Below are positions 1-13,583 of a stretch of DNA of 64,000 bases, piece after piece. The notes beneath the pieces are model-generated. The model ran no database searches, was not told the DNA's origin, and saw only the letters and a program-made list of their open reading frames with translations. The first letter of the stretch is position 1. Every line of letters begins with the position of its first letter. A program made the position numbers and the translations under genes. Origin of the DNA: the human T2T-CHM13v2.0 reference genome, Homo sapiens; assembly GCF_009914755.1 (NCBI RefSeq), contig NC_060935.1, one strand, 5' to 3'.

Positions 1-284
1 CTAAACATTACATTGATTTCCACCTCATTTTTCTCAGGACTAGCCGTCTATGTGTAAAGCAATTTGTAGAACCATGAACTATGTTAGGGAAGGGAGGGCA
101 TTACTGAATCTCTACCAGATAGCAAGCATTTTGCTGTATTCTCTACATGCAAAATCTCATTTTATTTTCACAACAGCTTGGGAGTTCTATACCATCTTTA
201 TCTTCCTTTTACAGATGGGGACGCTGAGGCTGAGGGAAGTTAAGTGATTCATCCAAGATCTCAGTGATTACGTGGTGGAACTGA

Positions 285-598
<314 letters not shown>

Positions 599-2429
599 CA
601 GAAACCTAGATGCTTCTTATCTCTGAGTCCTTCTGACCTCTTAACCCTAGGCTGTAGACCTCCTCTTCTCAGCATAAAAGAGAAGAGTTTTGGAAAGAAT
701 TTTCTACGAGAGAATCTTGTGGCAAAGCTGTTTCAACTGGATGCCTTCTTTCTGTATTTATATTCCAGTTAGCGTATGGTCTGTTGCTCTTTCACTCCCC
801 AGTGTGTACGTCTGAAACAGCCAATATGTTATTTTAGGAAGAAATAATACATTGCAATATCTGATCAATAAAACTTGGAGTCTACTCCAGTAGTCATGTG
901 GAGCTGAACTGTTGCAACAAGCAAAGGACTTTTTGCTCAAGCCATAAATTTTGCAAAGGCTAGAATTCCAGGAGTGAGTTTGCTTTCTGGGCTGTTTGTC
1001 ATCTGCCTTGGGACCACAATAAAGGAGCTCCCCCGTTTAGCCCCCAGATTTCCTGGAGAATCCAGGCAGATTACTTTTTAGAAGTCAGTTATTTTTACAA
1101 GGCCTTCTTTGCTTTCTTGTCCCCAACCATGAAGTCATTTTCAAAGGAACCACAGTTTGACCTTTTACCAAATGAGCTAGAGGACTGAATATATTAATAG
1201 CAGCAACATCAGATCGACCGCTTTTTGCAGTTTTTAGCTAGCAATGGCCACATGTCGGTTTTCACTTTGGGGAGCTGTGCATGTTGATTCAAATTATGTG
1301 AATTTTATACTTTGATTCTTTTCTAACATATACTTTTGATTAGCCCTTGTCATTCTCACATCTTTACAGTGAGCTGAATTGTAACTGGTTCATAGCACAT
1401 TTTTTTATGAGAAATAGGGCTTTTTTTTTTTTAATTAATGAAAAGATGCCAGGTACTTTTGCGTATATGAGAAGCTTGTTCATACTGGCCTCCTTTCAGT
1501 TCCTCCTTTACCACATTGTTCTGCCTCCAGGCCTTTACACAGGCGGCTTGGAACATCTTTGATTCCACAATTCCACAAACACTAAAATTTCAAATGTGGC
1601 CTAGGTGTCTTCTATGTATTCTCATTCTTTGCAGGTGCGACACAGAGTTTGTGAATTAATATTAGTGGAATGAAAAACGGAATGAGTAAGGCCTCATGCT
1701 GTAAATATTACATTGCTTTTCCGCCTAGACCGTGGCCGACCTCAGCTGAAACCGACCTTCCCCTGAGAAGCCTGTTCTGATGCCAGCCTCGTTCCTAGTT
1801 TGAGATTAAGCATCCTATAGCTCCCCAATCAGGGCACTATTTGCATTACATGCAGAGGCTCCTTTACCTGTCTCTGTCTTCCACTATCACAGAGAGAGCC
1901 TGTCAGCTTCGCTTTTGAATCCCCACACAACTGACTCAGCACCAGACAGGTAATAGAATGCTTAGGAATATTTTGATATTGGCCAAACAGGGGCAGATTC
2001 TTTATTGCCTCTTTAATCCTATTTTCTGTTGGGCACAGGTAAATGTAAATCCTTACAAAGTAGACAGAACTGAGTAAGTTTCAAAGCTCTAAAAAGGGCC
2101 TTTTTGCTTGAACAAAAACCATTTGTATATGAGCCCACAGCTTTTGTGTGTGAAGCAGAATTTGTATCTTGCACACAAATGGGGAAGAAGAGAGCAGTGT
2201 TGAAATGGGGAAAGATCATAAAGAGGCCAGTTGTTTCCTTGTGGATATTTATCTCATGGTAACTCCTCTATCTGGGGTGTATTAGACTTGGCTTGAAGGA
2301 GTCATGGCCAGAGTAGGTCCCTCATTGGCTGTGTAGCCATGATTCTTGGAGCGGCAATAACATCAGGAAGAAAGGAATCATGAGGCCATTTGCTCTGTGG
2401 GTATAAGAAGGTGGTAGAATCGGTCAGAG

Positions 2430-2560
2430 CAGGATGTTCACATTTTAGTGCCCATTGAGATCCTTAGTGTGCTTAGTAAAAATGCAGATTCCCCTAGGGG
2501 AGAGACTCAGGAATCTGCATATTCACAAGCGTCCCTGGGGATCCTGCTGCAGGTGGATCA
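2430..2560. mobile_element. MER5-like hAT DNA transposon fragment
   Basis: The core aaaatgcagattcc...gaatctgcat...caagcgtccctggggat resembles MER5A. Confidence 0.55.
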
Positions 2561-3552
2561 CTGACTTGTTCTCTGCAACACTGCCCCAGAGGATGGGGAA
2601 TTCTGGAGAAATACTGGCAAGTAGGACAGTCCTAAGAGCGAGAGCCTGCCCTTGCCCTTTGTCAAGGTCCTTAGTCAAAGGAGACCATGTAGCCCAGGAA
2701 AGTCAACTCAAGGAGCATCTCACAGAAGGAGGATGCTGCATTTTGCCATGATTCCTGCAACCCAGAGAAACCAATTCCAGCAAAGATCGATGCCCTGTAC
2801 CCGGTGCAAATTTAGAATGATAAAAAGAAGAGTCATGGTTTCCTTGACCAGACAGGAGTGTCCCCTACTTTGCAGAATAATGAAATACACAGATGTTAAA
2901 ATGAAAAGAGACAGAGATGGATGGAGAATAATAGAGCGCAGCAGCAGTTAAGGAGCAACTTAACAAAAATGCAGAGGAACCATGGGATGCTCTCAGCCTT
3001 TGTGCTTCTAGGAGCGTCATTGCCAACTTGAGAGAATCAGCCCATCGCAGACAATCCTAGGCTGGAGGCTTTTCTCATAGCTGTCTGTGGCCAGAAGACA
3101 ATACCAGTTCCTCAGGGAGGAGGCAGTCAACAGTCAAAAGGATACCAAAATGTAAAGCATGCATGTCCTTTGACCTAGCAGTTATACTTTCACGAGATAA
3201 TATACAAGTGGGAAAAATATATGTATCTGGCTGTGCATTGTTTATTGAAAACACCCCAAATGTCCATCAGTAACGGGATTTATGGATACATAGACACAGT
3301 AAAGTTACCCTTAGCCATTAAAAATGATGATGTGTACCAGTAGTTATTGACAAGAAAAGATGTCACAACATATTATGTAGCAAAAACAGGTTTCAGAATA
3401 GCATATATTTTAAGGGTGCATTTAAGTAAAATTGCATGCTCGGATTTCTGCCTATTAATTCAGTCAGTAATTATTGAGTAGTCTGTGTGCCTGGCACTTC
3501 TCTGGGCATTGGAGATACACAGTGAACAAGACAGTGGCCCTTTGCTATTGGA

Positions 3553-3690
3553 AGTGTGGTACCTGGAGCCAGCAGCATCGCCTGGGAGCTTGTTAGGAAT
3601 GCAGGATCCCAGGCTCCACCCCAGACCCACTGCATTTTAACAAGGTCCTGGGGCAATCCATTTGCACACACTAGTTTTTGAGACCATGCT
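3553..3690. mobile_element. MER5A-like DNA transposon
   Basis: agtgtggtacctgg...cagcagcatcgcctgggagcttgttaggaatgcag...tgcattttaacaag resembles MER5A. Confidence 0.65.
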
Positions 3691-6677
3691 GTAAGAGCAT
3701 GTTTACCAAAATGTCCACAGAATACTTCCCCACGTGGTGGCAATTTGTTATAAATTTTACATCTGTCTTTGTATGTTCCTCCATGGTTTGACTTTTTCAC
3801 AGTGAGCTATGTCTTGTGTTTATAAAAGCAAGGGTGGTGATATTGTGGAACAGCTCCTCATTCGTTGGGCTCTCTCAGCCACATACTGGCAGGATCCTGG
3901 GGCAGGAGTGGGAGGTGAGCAGGGGTTGAAGGTGAGTAGCTGTTGCTCATTTGGCCAACCACAGAGGTCTAGAAGAGAGATCCTGGAGACCCACAGCTAC
4001 AGCAGGAGCTGTTTCCATAGCCTGAGAGATGCAGCAGGTCTGATTAGCTGACTTCATGGCTGTTCTGGTGGAACAGAGAGGCTTCCACATTGCAGCCTCT
4101 GTCCAGCTCTTTTGTATGATTGCTGCCTGGGAAGAGTCTGGGGAGGTGGCCAGAGACAGCAAGCCCATGCTGAAGTTTCCATCATCCTCCAGGACCTTGA
4201 GCAGCCCTGAGCCCTTCCCAGGCAGATTGGGAGCTACAGGCATGATGTCTGGGGAAGAGCCTTCTATACAAGGCCTGGAAAGTTCTGCTCCTGTGGGAGA
4301 AGGGCTTTTTCTTGGGAGTCTCTCCTGTACCTGTCCCAGATGAGGGGTTTGATCAGGTATGGCTCTAGGGTACCCTGCCTAAAGTGTAGTGTAGTTAAAA
4401 GAAGCTGGACTCTAGAGCAGAAGAACTGGACTATAGACCAGTCTGACCCTAAATAGCTATGTGACTTTGGGCAAGTCCAGTTGCCTCTTTGGGCCTCAGT
4501 TTTGTCATCTGTGGAACGTGAGAATTAGTTACTGAGTGCACCTATGTGGACTGCCTGTGTGCCCCAGCTGTTACACGAGTCTTTGTCCTTAGGATATCAC
4601 AACCTGGAGACACTGGAATGCCTCCTGGCCCCCTCTAGTTCTCACGTGGACCCCAAATATGGGTCCCAGGACTGTCTCTGATTTATGACCTGGTTGTCAC
4701 TGGCTTCTGGTGAAATGGGAAAAATAAGGACATCTAGTGAACATGTAGCTATAAAGTTTCTACCCTTTCAGGGTGGAGAGTTCTTTACTCTGAGACTTTG
4801 CTTCCTGTATTTCGGATGCTAAGGCAGCTGTTTATTTAGGGTATTAGTAAGTAGAGCTCATTGCTGGTGTTTTTGTAAGTCTTTGTGTAAAATAAAAAGT
4901 TGGCAATTGTATTAGTCTTTCCTCCACTCTCATCTACTTTTTTTATTTTTTATTTTGCTGATCTGTGAATTCCAGGACTGTGGGAAGTAGGCTCTAAAAA
5001 GTGGGGACATGACTTAGATCAGGAAATAAACCCAACTCACAGGAGACCCTTGGTCCCCATCTTCCTGCTAATGAAAGCTGCCGCTTTGAAAAGTTTGTGG
5101 ACCAGATCCTTGAGAAGTGGTGAATTCAAGTATTCAATGGAGTAGAGTCACCCTGTCTGCCTTTGTCAGGGCTGCTTTAAAGACAGGCAGGGTCAGTCTT
5201 TCACCTTCTGTCGGGCGCTGCTGAGTTCTACGAGGAAATCTCCCCTTTGTGGAAATAGGGGGTGAGAGAGGGACAGTCGGGGCCTTGCCCAGGACCCCCC
5301 TTCCCCACAGCCCTGTAGCAAGTCATGCAGGCAGGGAGCAGCTGACAGCTGTTGTCTGGGATAGGCTTCTCTCTGCCCCTGCCAGGCACTCGGCTGGTTG
5401 CCTGTGATCTGCTTTGCAGGCATGTGATGATGCAAATGTAAATCATAACAGGACAGGCTTCCCTGACATAAACAGCAACTGAGCATGCTGACCAGGCAGG
5501 AAGTCTCATTAGTAATTCCTGAAAAGGGTGCAAGGGCAGGGCCAAAGAGCTGGTTAATTGAATGATGGCTAATTCGTTTATAATTATTCATATTTTCACT
5601 CTTTTCTCTTTCTCCCATAAAACCTAGTCCTCTGGAGCTGGGCTGGTCCTTAGAGAAATCTAAGGAGGCGGCAGAGCAGCTGTGCCATGGGAAAGATTTG
5701 AACCTTGACTTTGTTTATTAGCAGTGTCAAGTTACTTCACTTCTGGACCTCAGTTTTCTTATCTGTAAAATGTTTTTTTTGTGTGTGTGAGAACTTAAAG
5801 AAAAAGATATCTGTGAAACAGAGCGCAATGCTTAGCTCATATTAAGCATTCAGAAAATGCTAGCCATGTTCTCCGGCCTCACTCTTTCCTTTTATAGGTT
5901 CATTTGGACATTATGCAAATATTTATGAGGCACATGGTGTAGGCACTGTATGGTGCAGCTCCTTTAAAAATGGTAAATGAAAGTATGCAAATGAGCGTAC
6001 GTTCTTGGAGGCTGGAAGGCAGAGGCGTTAGCCAAACAGCTTAATACAAAACTGGGGAGACCAAGTAGTGATGTGTCCTGTGAAGGGAAAGAAAAGAAGG
6101 CTGAGGGTTAGAGCGACTAAGGGTGGGAGTGTAGGTTCTACTGCAGATAGTGCAATGATTCAAGAGACTGAGTAAGATGGAGGAGTGAGCCATGCTGAGC
6201 CCTGGGAAAAAGACATTCCAGGCAGTGGGAACAGAGAGTGCAAAGGCCCTGAGGTGGGAATATGCTGGCTGGGCTTGAGAAGGAACAAGGAAGCCTGTGT
6301 AGTTAAGATTTCCAAGATGGGAAGATCTTCATGGCCTTCATGAGAAAGCCTGGAATTGGAGAGCAGCATGATGACTCTAGGTTTTATTCTAACGTAATGG
6401 GAAGGCAGTGACGTTCTTACTAGAGGAGTGATGTGCTGAGGCTTGAGGAAACACTCTCAGCGTAGATGGCAAAGCCTATAAGCATTCTTCCCTCATCCCT
6501 CAAAAGGTGATCAGAACCAGACTGGCTGATCAAGGACCGTGTGTCAGAAGCTTGAACCTGTCTGGAAGGACACGATGGCTGGAGAGCTGGCAGAGGGGCA
6601 AACCTGACCCTGGAAAATGGAACTCCTCTGCTTTTCTGTTACTGTAGACTTTCCCAGCAGAAGCTAAAATGCCCATC

Positions 6678-7204
6678 TGTGCAGAAAAAGCATTAACGCA
6701 GCAGGCCTGACTGCTGCCCTTTGAAAAGTCTGCTTGGAACATTGGCCCTTGGCTGGCAGCTGGGAACCTAAATTTCAGTAGGTTTCCCATTACCCAACTG
6801 TTAATGGTGGCTCACTGTGCCTAAACTGGCTGTGCAGACAGTGTAGTTGATGCTGTTTTTCTGCTGGAAGTCTGGAAATTTGGTGTACCGAGAATGCCTG
6901 TGTGACCAGCCTCTCATAAAAACCGTGAGCACTGAGCCTCTAATGAGCTGCCCTGGTGGATGACATTTCACACATGTTGTCAACAACTTGTTGCTGGAGG
7001 AATTAAGCACATCCTGTGTGTCTACCCTGGAAGAATCCTTGTGAAAGCTTGAGCCTGGTTTCCTGTGACTTCATTTCATATGCCTTTTTCCTTGGCCTTT
7101 TTATCCTTTCACTGTAAGAAATCTTAGCTTTGATTATATGCCAAGTCCTGGGAGTTAGCCTAGTGAATCATTGAATCTGTGTGGGCTTGGGGACCCCTGA
7201 CACA
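6678..7204 (+). mobile_element. Solo LTR, MER21/MER68-like
   Basis: TGT...ACA termini flanked by CCATC/GCATC (degenerate TSD). Internal motifs ggcccttggctggc and ggctcactgtgcctaaact. Confidence 0.7.
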
Positions 7205-8015
7205 GCATCTTATATGAAGGGACTGTAGTGTTGGTGTATCTCATTACTGATGATGTTGACCATGGTCCCTTGGCTGAGGTGGTATCTACCAAGTTTCTCC
7301 ACTGTCAAGTTACTATTTTTCTCTTTGTAATTAATAACATATTGCGGAAGATACTTTGACACTGTGCATATCCTATTTCTCCTCAAGTGTTTATTTTCTA
7401 ATTTTAGCATCCATTGCCAGATCTTGCCTGTAACAGTTATTACAATAGTGTCTGCTTCGTGGTGACTTTCTGTTTCCTGCACCTCTTCTACATTTATTAA
7501 TGAGAAGTCTTCAATAAGGAAGAACTTTCCTTTCTCCCCTTTTTACTTACTCATTCAACAATTTTTGGTATCAGTCTCAGGTACTAGATCCTTATTTTGT
7601 TGGCCTCAGATATTTATTTTATTCTCTGTGTCATAATCTGATACCGTTGTTGATTTTGTTGCTTGGATGGTTCTAGCTTTGGCTATTGGGAACTTCAGGT
7701 TAACTTCTGTGTCCTTTTGACATGCCCCCATGATATTTGGACACTTATTTACTTTATTTTGACACTTCTGGCAACAGAAGATACTCTGGGTTCATCTTGT
7801 TTGTATATTCTTCCTGGAATCAACTATTTCTCCAAGGAGGTTGGTTCTCTTTGCTGGATAATGGTATTTAGAAACCAAGATCTGGGTGCTAGGTGTGCTT
7901 ATTGCTGTTGAGATGTACTGCTTCTAGTCTTCTCTCAGCAGACAGAGCTAGGAAATGTATGTATGTGCATTATCCCTTACATACACACAAGTCAATATTT
8001 ATTTTTGTCTGTCTG

Positions 8016-8069
8016 TCCATCCGTCCGTCCATCCATCCATCCATCCATCCATCCATCCATCCATCCATC
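8016..8069. repeat. (CCAT/CCGT)n tetranucleotide microsatellite
   Basis: tccatccgtccgtccatccatccat... read directly. Confidence 0.95.
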
Positions 8070-8200
8070 CTGTCTGTCTAATTTTTAAAGACCTTGAGTT
8101 CATACTGGTGACCTCCAATTCCTTCAAATTTCCATTGGAAATTTTGGTTCAGTTTCAATGAACCAAAGCCTCAGGATTCACTTTAGCCTTCTCACTGTCT

Positions 8201-8490
8201 TTTTTTTTTTGAGATGAGTCTCTCTCTGTCGCCCAGGCTGGAGTGCAGTGGCACAATCTCAGCTCACTGCAACCTCCACCTCCCGGGTTCAAGCAGTTCT
8301 CTGCCTCAGCCTCCTGAGTGGCTGGGACTACAGGTGCCCGCCACCACGCCCGGCTAATTTTTTTGTATATGTAGTAGAGACGAGGTTTCACCATCTTGGC
8401 CAGGCTGGTCTTGAACTCCTGACCTTGTGATCCACCCACCTCGGCCTCCCAAAGTGCTGGGATTACAGGCGTCAGCCAATACGCCTGGCC
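8201..8490 (-). mobile_element. Alu (AluS-type) with TSD
   Basis: Antisense dimer. TSD tagccttc(t/c)cact(g/t)tct on both sides. Confidence 0.95.
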
Positions 8491-9137
8491 TAGCCTTCCC
8501 ACTTTCTTTATTTGCAACTTCTTTCTCTGACAGAAATCTTACAATATATTTACATATTTGTTCACCCCTAGTGCACCCAGAAGACAGTTTCAGAATTGAT
8601 GACCCATACCCTTGGGAGAAACAAATATAACTAGTGTACAGTATTGTAGATTTTTTTTTTCTTTAGCTTTATGGAATCTAGTCAACATACTGTTTTCCTG
8701 AGTTACTTAGGCTGGTTCTTTTCTTCCCCATCCCCTTCAGTGTGGTGGTGTTATTTACTAGTAATACAGTTATGTTTACTTGTTATTGTTTATATTTCAT
8801 TTTGAGTTTTCCCCACATGTGATTGATTTTAAGTGTTTATTTTTGGGGTATATAAAATACTACCGTAGTTCTAAGATATACACTGCTCTGAGTATATTTA
8901 CACAAGTATATGTTAAGTCAGATAGATATACTCGGAGAAATGTGTAACCTTCTCATCCTGTTATCTTGTCTGATATCAGTTCCCCATGTTTTTTCACTCC
9001 TTTCCCACTCACACCCTGTAGATAACCAATCTCTTTAGTTTCTGGTTTATCCTCCTGTATTTCTTTTGCACAGATAAGCCAATACATGTATGTTTTCTTA
9101 TACCCCTTCTCTTCTTATATGGAGGGCAGCAAAGTAC

Positions 9138-10995
9138 TGTTACGGGATCTTTGGGGTATCACTTTGCCAACTGGAAATTTCTGTGGCCAGTGACACCTTT
9201 GCCCAAGTTTTGCTCTGGCCTGCTGGGCTTCTCTGCCTACTTGACCTGGCAGGCTGCGTTCGGCTCCCACTACCAGCCTAGATCCCATACCTGCCAAGGG
9301 CAAGCCAGTTGCAGAACAGTGAGGGTTGTGTGAGCGAGCGTGGAGTTCAGCCACTGCACAGCCAGGTATGCCAGCTGTGGTGGGGCAGGCAGCTCCAGGC
9401 ACCAGCATGGGTGCCAGCTCCCTGCAAGGCTGCAGGTGGACCAGGCATACCTTAAGCAGCTTCCATGGCTGACACTGGGGAATGCAGTGTGGTGCCCAGA
9501 ACCTTGGAGACTTCAGCAACCACAGAGCCCTAAAGAGTGTATCACAAACCTGGCTTGGGGTTGCTCCTAGGTCTGGGCTCCCCAAAGGGCCACAGCTCTT
9601 CTCTTCCTTCTTCTCTCCTCTTGTCTGCTGCGACATGGTGGGCAAACAGCATGTTTCAGCCCTGTTTGTGTTATAGCTCTTTTAGCCTTGCCATTCAGTG
9701 AGTCCCTAGTTCTTGTCCTGCATCCGGGAAGAATGAGGTACGCAGACAAGTGGAGGGTGAGCAAGACAAAGGGGAACTTTATTGAGTAATAGAACAGCTC
9801 AGAGGAGACTCACAGTGGGCAGCTCCTCTCCGTAGCCAGGGTATCTTGATGAGTGTTCAGCTCTCAGCAGAGAGGGTAGCTCCTCTCTGCAGCTTGTCCT
9901 GTTGTCTCCTCAAGTCTGGCTGAGTCCGGAGTTTTTATGAGCCTCAGAGGGGAGGAAGTGCATGCTGATTAATCCATGGGCAGGCCTGGAAAAGTTCCCA
10001 CTCCAGTCTGCGGGACCCACAGCCTGGCCCTCAGGCCTCAGGCCTTCCCTGGCTTGAAGATTGGGCTTCACCTGGGACCTACCCCTTCTGCCTAGGAGCA
10101 TGTCTGCCTCCTGCTGCCTTTCATGGTGCCCAGGTTTGTACCAACGGGCACCTGCAGGGCAGTGCCAAGCTGTCTTCAGCACCCCCTTGGTCTCCCTCCC
10201 ATGTTTGTCTTCACCCAAAGTCCGGAGGCGGCTGAAGTGGCAGGGGACTTGTGTGTCAGTGCTGCCCTGAGCGTGCACACATCCGGCTGGGTTGCAATAG
10301 TTCCCAGGCTCATCCTCAACTTTGCTCCATGATCTGAGTGGGTGCTGACAGCAGGGAGAGGCCAGGGAGCTGGAGCAGACACCTCTGAGCCTGTGGGAGT
10401 AAGGGGGGCCCAGGGAGTGCAGAGATGTCTGCATCTGCAGCTGCAATTTGGGTGGCTGCAGCCATGCCCAGAAGGGTGGGACTCCTGCCTGCTCCATGCT
10501 TCTGCCGACACTGTAGAGTGTGGCACTGCCCTGGGCCCAGCTCTGCCTCAGTGCCCCTCTCTGCCTGCCTCTCCATGACCGACCACACTGCTTCCCTACC
10601 AGCGGACGATTCAGCTTGGCCCTGTCACAGTGGCTCCCAGGGTGGCGGGCAAGGTGCAGGTGGTACGGCAGCCCCAGTCAACCCCACACAAATGAACCTG
10701 ACGCTTCCAGGGCCAGTCCCATAAGTCCCAGCTGTGCCATCAGCTGGGTGCTCGCAGGCCCCTGGGATACAGCGGAGAGCGAGGTTAAGACTGTGGCAGA
10801 GGCTTCAGGTCTGGGAGCGGATCCTACCAGGCCGTGTGAGGGTGGGGTTTTTGGCTCCCTCAGGGACGCAGGGCACAGGGGACCTACTGCCGCCACTGCT
10901 GCTCCTGCAGCCACTCCTGCTGCCACAGCTCACGCTTCCTTACTGCAGCTGGTGTGATGGCAGCGGCCACTCTGAACAGCCCACTGCTGCCATCA
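9138..10995 (-). mobile_element. Long solo LTR, MER52-like (ERV1)
   Basis: TG...CA termini with a perfect 4-bp TSD GTAC (9134-9137 and 10996-10999). GC-rich, ~1.86 kb. The minus-strand start TGATGGCAGCAGTGGGC resembles MER52. Confidence 0.85.
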
Positions 10996-11334
10996 GTACT
11001 ATAGATACTCTTTTCTACTTTACTTTTTTGACTTATCAGTATGTCCTAGAAATCACTTCATACCAGTTTATAGAGACCTTTCATAATAAGCTTTCTAAAC
11101 TTTGGTCATCAGAAAAAAATTTCTGTCAGCCCAAGGATCAGTTTTTAAATTCTATGAACTTAGTGATGATGAGGAGGATGAGGATGAGGATGAGGATGAT
11201 GATAAATAGCATAAGCATTACCATTAATTGAGCATCTACTGTATTCTATGCTCTATACTGTTTTGTATAGATTATCTCACTTAATCTTTGCTAGAGCCCA
11301 AGGTAGTAGATATCACCTCCAATTTACTGATAAG

Positions 11335-11669
11335 TGCTGTGGATACAACTGGTTGGGGCTGATGTTGTGGGTGGTGAAAGAATACCGAGACAGTCATAGG
11401 TAAAGAAAGGCAGATTTGTTAGCGAAAGTACAAAAATATGTTGCATGGGTGCAAGAGGCAGCACAGCAGCGAAGGGGCTATCTGCAAAGCCACAGGGGCT
11501 GGAGAAAAGTTTTATAGGGTCGTGCTAGACTAGGGGCCTACTTGTGGAACGAGGTATTTAATGAAAGGATGTTGGGCCAGTGGGTTTGTGATTAGCCATT
11601 TCTTGGAACAATTGTTCTCCCCGACTTGGGCCCTCTTACTTGTTGTTGCTTACTTATCAGGATGCCACA
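11335..11669. mobile_element. Short solo LTR (family uncertain) inserted in a MIR
   Basis: MIR-like sequence (...aatttactgataag | gtaaggaaactgaag...aacttgtccaaagtcat) is split by a TG...CA-bounded segment. Confidence 0.5.
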
Positions 11670-12419
11670 GTAAGGAAACTGAAGTCCACCAAAATTTAGA
11701 AACTTGTCCAAAGTCATAAAAAATAGAGTTGGAATTTGAACCCAGGACTGTCCAGAGTTTATGCTTTGAGAAGAGTTCACCAGTACCATGACAGAAGTTC
11801 CAAGGTGAAACAAAGCCACATGGGTTTTTGAAACCTGGAACATTTCAGGCCTTAAAACCCTGATGATTGTGAGTTGGCTGTTGCCAAAGTCAGCATGTTA
11901 CAGACAGCAAGAACATGGAGGTAATTTATTGCCTGTTTGTTTCAAAGAAATGGCCCTTCCTTCTTGGAGGACCATGGGTCCTGCCTCTAAGACAGAAGAC
12001 AAGAGGGATGCTACATAGGGCCTGCTACCTGGGATGTAGCAATAGGTCTCATCTTACATCTCCTAATCGCAAGCCGGAGCACCAGAACCATTAACGGGAG
12101 AGTACATTACCCCACAGGGCTGTTTGTTATTTAGCAGGACACTCAATTAAGCCCAAGTTACAGCAGTTTCTGCTAAAACTGTTTGTGCAGCATGAGTGGA
12201 AGAAGAATTTATTTGGAGCAGGAGTCTGCCTTCTGTTGTGAAAAGTGACAGCCTCTGGCAGAGAGAGAGGCAATGCTGTTGAGTTGGTTGAAATCAGGGC
12301 TTCTGGAATCTGCATGCCGGGCCTCACCCGGTGCTTGATTTTCCAGCTGTGTGACCTTGGGCAAGTCACTTCATCTCTCAAAGCGCATTTATGAAGTGGT
12401 GATAAGAACCATACTCATT

Positions 12420-12989
12420 TGTTTGGGGCTCCCAAGACCACCCCAGATTCAGCGATTTGCCAGGAGGATTCACAGGACTCAGTATATGATCATACTCATG
12501 GCTGTGATTAATTACAGCAAAGGGATACAAAGCAAAATCAACACAGGTAAAAGACGAATGGAATAAAGTCCAGAGGAAACCAGGTTCAGGCTTCCAAGAG
12601 TCCTCTCCCAGTTGAGCCCAAAGGATGCACTAATTCCCCTAGCAATGAGTTGTAATGTAACAACATATGTGGAAGGTTATCCACCAGGGACACTCACTAG
12701 AGACTCAGTATCCAGAATTTTTATCAGGGGCTGATCACGTAGGCACCCTCTGTTCAGCATGTACCAAAATTATAGCCTCCCAGAAGTAAGGAAAGCAGGG
12801 GTGTTCAGTGTAAGTTGTACTGTTTGCATAAACAGTTTAGGCACAGTGAGCCACTCTTGTTAGGTAGGGTGGTGCAAAGTCTCCCAAAATCCAAGTTCCC
12901 AGACTCCAGCCAAGGAAGAGCCAACCTTGCAAGGAGGTCTTTGTAAGCGTAGCAGTTGCGGTTCTGTTTTGTTACCTCTTTTCTGCCCA
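12420..12989 (-). mobile_element. Solo LTR, MER21/MER68-like, opposite orientation to 6678-7204
   Basis: Its reverse complement shares blocks with 6678-7204 (agtttaggcacagtgagcca; ggaaaccagg; ccagccaagg). Confidence 0.7.
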
Positions 12990-13457
12990 TCATCCCATTG
13001 GGTGATTGCTGGGTGGATTAAATGAGATGATCCATACAAAGCTCTCAGCACACTTCCTAGTATGGTGAATACTTACTGAATGTTGATTACAGTTCCTTTG
13101 ACATTCAGGGAATGAATTTTGATTGGTGCTTCAGCACCTTCATCTACTCGTCATCCATTTACTTACCTGTTCTTCGTTCATGGCTTTGTTCAGCACATTT
13201 TGATTGGCACCTGCTGTGGTGCAGGGGCTATGTTATCCTCTTGGGTACTTTTGAAGCATTCCTCTCTAGACAATGTGGCGTGTGGGTGTCCAATCTGGCT
13301 GGGTGTTTGAGGTGGGTGGTGGTAATGAGAAGAAAGCTTCAAGGACTTTAAGATGAATCTTAAGTGGACTCATTTTCACATTCAGTGTTAGTGGGATGAG
13401 TATGCAGTCATCTGAGAACATCTCCTGATGTCTTGCTGTTTCTTTTTCTTCCTGCAG

Positions 13458-13583
13458 CCAAGGCTAAGTCGAAATGTGGCCCAACCTTCTTCCCCTGTGC
13501 CAGCGGCATCCATTGCATCATTGGTCGCTTCCGGTGCAATGGGTTTGAGGACTGTCCCGATGGCAGCGATGAAGAGAACTGCA
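13458..13583 (+). CDS. LDLRAD3: LDLRAD3 internal coding exon (probably exon 3), second LDL-receptor class A repeat
   Basis: A pyrimidine tract plus cctgcAG precedes 13458, and GTAAGT follows 13583. The exon is 126 bp, phase 1-1. It translates to (P)[41 protein letters not shown](T), with 6 Cys and the D-x-S-D-E motif, matching the LDLRAD3 sequence as I recall it. Confidence 0.95.

Larger units (their letters stand above)
7210..9137 (-). mobile_element. Old L1M 3' region, interrupted by Alu, (CCAT)n and an LTR
   Basis: T-rich antisense L1-like sequence (tttctccactgtcaagttactatttttctctttgtaattaat; ggaatcaactatttctccaagga). It appears to resume after 10996. Confidence 0.65.

Noticed and set aside
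8155-8630. Alu-derived ORFs (here and at many other Alus)
   Set aside because: These are typical translations of Alu sequence with no exon evidence.
9115-11231. Cluster of 100-195 aa ORFs on both strands
   Set aside because: They lie in a GC-rich solo LTR with low stop-codon density, overlap in several frames, and show no recognisable domain.
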